A DNA stretch of 64,000 nucleotides from assembly GCA_008632985.1 (NCBI GenBank), contig QPGO01000001.1:240600-304599 (forward strand), given 5' to 3'. Each line of letters begins with the position of its first letter. The stretch's first letter is position 1. Origin of the DNA: Psammoneis japonica. Taxonomy: Eukaryota. Shown here piece after piece: positions 60,401 through 64,000 of this stretch. Below the pieces are notes generated by a model. It made no database searches. It was not told where the DNA came from and was given only the letters and a program-made list of their open reading frames with translations. The position numbers and the translations under genes are program-made.

Positions 60401-61413
60401 CATTTGATTCGCCAAACGAAAGAGCTTTTCATGTACATTTCCTGATTCATCTTTTTTCATGCCGTCCGTCAGCGATTCTGGTACGGGTTGTAGCAACAAT
60501 CGCTGAGACGGAGCCCTATCGAGCCGAGGTCGGTTGGGGGTGGGAGCTGACGGGGCATTGCTGCTGCGACTCGGAGGAGGGGGAGTTGCATAACCTGCTG
60601 GGGGTTCCGAAATCATGTCGCGAACCAAATCATCCGGTATATTGGAAAGCACCGCTGAAGAAGCTGGACCTTCCTCGGCAAGCTGACGTTCAATCGCTTG
60701 CATAATGGCAGCTTCCGCTTCCGTCTCGAGTGGGTTGACTAAGTTCAGATCGACAATACCCTGAGTAGGGAAAAGTGAGGATTTAAGAATGAGAACTCCC
60801 ATATAGTCTAAAATATAGTTTTCAGAAAACAAGATGTACCATACACTGTACTCACCAACGGATTTGGATCATCCCGCGCCGTCGTTGGCATGATCACATC
60901 AATGGTTTCCCGTCGGTCCCTTACTAGACCGTAATGACCACTGCTATCCGTCAAGGCTGAGAGATTACTTTGCTCTCCAGCACTGAAATTTCGATCGAGC
61001 TTGGGAATGGCAAGTTTGGTATCCAGATTGGTGGCACTGTCCGAAACACTGCGACGGTGAGTTGGAGCCACGGTCCCACGTGGCAACAACGGCGGTCTGC
61101 CTACCGGAGGTGGTGGGCTTGGAAACAAATCTGGCGGCGGTGGCGGCGGTGGCGGCGGCGGAGGTACTGTTGTATGGTTCGCTGCAGCCCCGTTGACGAA
61201 TGCATCACTAGTCTTTTCATCATTATCTTCCTGAACCGTAGGAGGAGATTCGGACACTTGAGAAAAAACTGATTCAGGCGAAGATCTTTCGGAATCATCC
61301 GCTGGAGACGCGTTTCGCGACTCTCGAAAAAAGGCCTCCCCCTCGAGACTTGACGCACTTGCTACCCTCGATGGACCCTCTGGGGGAGTCTCAGAACCAT
61401 AACGATCCTCCAT
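57469..61413 (-). CDS. MscS-family mechanosensitive ion channel (exons 61413-60856, 60760-58835, 58742-58206, 58119-57469)
   Basis: Three GT-AG introns keep frame. Multiple TM segments, an EF-hand-like RPDNEGNLTMLDF, and the motifs GILFILVRKPYDIGDRI and NANRSP. Confidence 0.92.
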
Positions 61414-62097
61414 GTAACTCTCTCTCTCTCTCTAACGAACGAACGAACGAACTCTACTGATTCAGTTCCTACGCGTCATACATGCACACTCTACTGTTTT
61501 CGTATGGATTGTGATTACAGCCTGAGCAACACCGCGAAGAGAATCCAATCCTTTTTTTGATTTACGCTATTGCTGCTTTACTGCTGAGTGAATTTTCGCG
61601 GGGGCGGAGAACAACGGGTGGTCGCGCCTGGTGACGTTGTGATAGGACTAATTAAAAAATGTTCAAACTTTAATAAAATTATATTAAAATTCGAAGAAAA
61701 TTACATTGACAAGTTGTGTATGTGTAACACATAATATTTGGAATTTTTGTATCGAAGTTTTCTAAAGCATGACTCAAAATATCTCGCATACGATAGATTC
61801 ATGTGAAAAAGACATTGTTAATTTTTATATTATATATATAGACTTTCTAATGTATATAATAGTACGTCAGCTTCTTGTGGAATACTTCTGGACCGTTGAA
61901 TTTTAGATACGATTCAGCCGTTAGCCAATCAGAAAGTGGGGCTGTTGCGACGGCCCAATTGGACCTCAATGATCATCAACACTCAAAAGAATGAGAGGTG
62001 AGAGGTGAGAACGCCGTGAGGTTTGGTGGAGCCTTTTATCGCATCACCTTTCATCCTTTCTTTGCTTGCACAGCATCCCCATATCATCCGTCACAGT

Positions 62098-62814
62098 ATG
62101 TTTCACTCCATGAGAAGACTTGTCATGACGACGACTTTGACGACGAGATCACGCTGCTGCCGTCACGTCCAACGATTTAACACAACAGATAATACCAAAA
62201 ATAACAATATTGCAGCACAAGCACAAGAACAGCACGCCAACATTATGGAAGCCAAGGCTCAACGTGCCGCACAGTTGCATGCCGAGTTGGAAGAAATGTT
62301 GTTGCAAAACGAAAAGCGACGAAAGGAAACGTCGGGCTTTCTGAATTTTCTCAAACAAAATTCATCGCAATTTGGATCCATTGGACTTTCCTTCTTGTTG
62401 GTGATTTTTGCCTACCAAATTGTCGGAATGAAACAAGCGGCACGAAACTTGCAAGCGACGCTGGAAGAGAAGGAATTGGAATTGAAACAAGAGCGACAAG
62501 TGATTCAATCGTTGCAAACCACCGAGTTTGCGGAAAAGGTGGCCAGCAAGTGTAACACGAACAATAGTAGCAGCAGAGGTTTCTGGAAAGGCAACAACAA
62601 TACAGAGCTAGCACCCATTTTGTTGCAAGAATTGAAAAACCACATTGGTGACGCGGGTTTGACGCTGGAAGAAAAGAAAGAGAAAAAGGTGGCGCAGCTA
62701 CAACAAACACAAGAAACACCACAAGATGCACTCTTGAACGAGCTCAACAAGGTGCAAATTGTAGACAAGGACGACGGCGAAACCGTAATCAAGAGACAAC
62801 GATTTAGTATTTAG
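62098..62814 (+). CDS. Hypothetical single-TM coiled-coil protein with Arg/Thr-rich (mitochondrial-like) leader
   Basis: Intact ORF with one hydrophobic segment (IGLSFLLVIFAYQIVGM) between coiled-coil-like stretches. Confidence 0.6.
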   Translation: MFHSMRRLVMTTTLTTRSRCCRHVQRFNTTDNTKNNNIAAQAQEQHANIMEAKAQRAAQLHAELEEMLLQNEKRRKETSGFLNFLKQNSSQFGSIGLSFLLVIFAYQIVGMKQAARNLQATLEEKELELKQERQVIQSLQTTEFAEKVASKCNTNNSSSRGFWKGNNNTELAPILLQELKNHIGDAGLTLEEKKEKKVAQLQQTQETPQDALLNELNKVQIVDKDDGETVIKRQRFSI

Positions 62815-63340
62815 ATAAATCCGGAAAGGCACCACTCCGATCTTCTAGACAATTCAATCGATTCAGTTCCAGCACGGCAGGTACTAGCGACTTTTTTGGC
62901 TTTCGCAACACTGCCGCTTCCTTGGGTCGTCGTTTCCATACATTCTTGACCTTTCGGAATAGGTGAAACTTCTTGTTGCAGTGCGGATCCAATAGACTAA
63001 TCGTATCATCGTCATCTTCAGCCATGTGAATCTTGTGTTTGCCAAAGCAACGTTGCGTCTTGGGTGGTTCCACCTCGTCTATCGACCACGAGGTATCCGT
63101 ATGGGTCAATGCCAAGTCGTGATGATGATGATGATTGTCTTGATTTCGTTTCTTATTTCCCCAACAACCTGTGCTTCGTTGGTGTGGAAGGGTATCCAAA
63201 ACAGTATCATAGAGCTTGGAGAGAGTTTCATTGTATTCCGGATCGTCGTGTTGTGGATCCAACCGTGGCCGAACGCCGCCGCCGCCGGCAAGAGCCGACG
63301 TACACGATCCCATGGTGGTTGTAATATTGTGCGACGACAT
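62804..63340 (-). CDS. Hypothetical protein, possible N-myristoylation start MGSCTS at 63313
   Basis: Open frame with a plausible composition. Its 3' end overlaps the convergent gene by 11 bp. Confidence 0.45.
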   Translation of the reverse strand: MSSHNITTTMGSCTSALAGGGGVRPRLDPQHDDPEYNETLSKLYDTVLDTLPHQRSTGCWGNKKRNQDNHHHHHDLALTHTDTSWSIDEVEPPKTQRCFGKHKIHMAEDDDDTISLLDPHCNKKFHLFRKVKNVWKRRPKEAAVLRKPKKSLVPAVLELNRLNCLEDRSGAFPDLSKY

Positions 63341-63679
63341 GGTGACTATATTACAGCGCTTTATCGAAACAAGAACAACAAAAACTAGAACGACATACTT
63401 TATGGTTTGACCCGCAATCGAGGTTTTTGCCGTGACACCATGGCTATATCCGTTGATGGACTGGAAACCACAGTGACTCATCATGTGTTTTGTCACAGGC
63501 CGGCCTACGTTGAGTCGTGCATGACCCAAAAGAACAATCCCGGCTGGTTAGGCTTGGCTTTTCCTGCCATGCATGCTCTACAAGAACATTCCCGCGGGAC
63601 AGAGGAAACGATATTCTATTCTTTATTTTATGACTGTTCCAATGACAATGACATGAATCACAATTCTCTGTTATACTCT

Positions 63680-64000
63680 TTAGACTTCATTCCTTCTCTC
63701 CATGTCTCGAGCTTTCTTTTTCAAACTCTTGAGAGACAACGATTCTTGCGAGAAATCTTCCTCCTCCTCTTCTTCGTCATAATAATAGTCCTCGTAGTCT
63801 TCTTCGTTTCGATCATCATTCCAGTCACTGTCCTCATCGTACGAACCATGAATCCAATCGTATCCCTGATCATACGCAAGATCATCATCGTCCTCGTCCT
63901 GTTCTTGCTCCACATCATTCTTTTTGTGTTTATTGACTTGCATCATTTCTTCTCGAATTTCCTCGACACGCGTTTCACACGCTTCCATGATGATACTCCA
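63680..64000 (-). CDS. Acidic C-terminal end of a gene running off the window
   Basis: D/E/Y-rich open frame ending at TAA 63680. Confidence 0.55.
   Translation of the reverse strand, partial: WSIIMEACETRVEEIREEMMQVNKHKKNDVEQEQDEDDDDLAYDQGYDWIHGSYDEDSDWNDDRNEEDYEDYYYDEEEEEEDFSQESLSLKSLKKKARDMERRNEV

Overview
This is eukaryotic DNA with GT-AG introns, most likely from a diatom or other stramenopile. That call is an inference from a signal+AF plastid-targeting leader, CoDi-like copia remnants and cell-wall-type proteins. The window is a mosaic of two compartments. Ordinary gene-bearing blocks lie at about 4.6-14.3, 22.1-28.3, 31.1-34.7 and 48.2-64 kb. Blocks stripped of TA (and many CG) dinucleotides and rich in TG/CA lie at about 0-4.5 (partly), 14.3-22.1, 28.3-31.1 and 34.8-48.1 kb. 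Paralog comparison inside the window shows the second compartment arose by regional TpA->TpG/CpA plus CpG->TpG/CpA hypermutation, the opposite of fungal RIP for TA. It contains a dead Ty1/copia element, a TIR element, a CRE-like non-LTR retrotransposon and a MITE, nested in one another, plus a destroyed copy of a host gene. The ordinary blocks hold an AID/APOBEC-like deaminase convergent with a permuted papain-like peptidase, an FG-GAP propeller protein, a NYN-RRM (MARF1-like) gene and a PhyH dioxygenase. They also hold a tandem family of secreted ice-binding/choice-of-anchor-A-like adhesins with Cys-rich GACC repeats, a plastid-targeted STI1 protein and an MscS channel. All family assignments come from motif recognition by eye; no database searches or counts were run.
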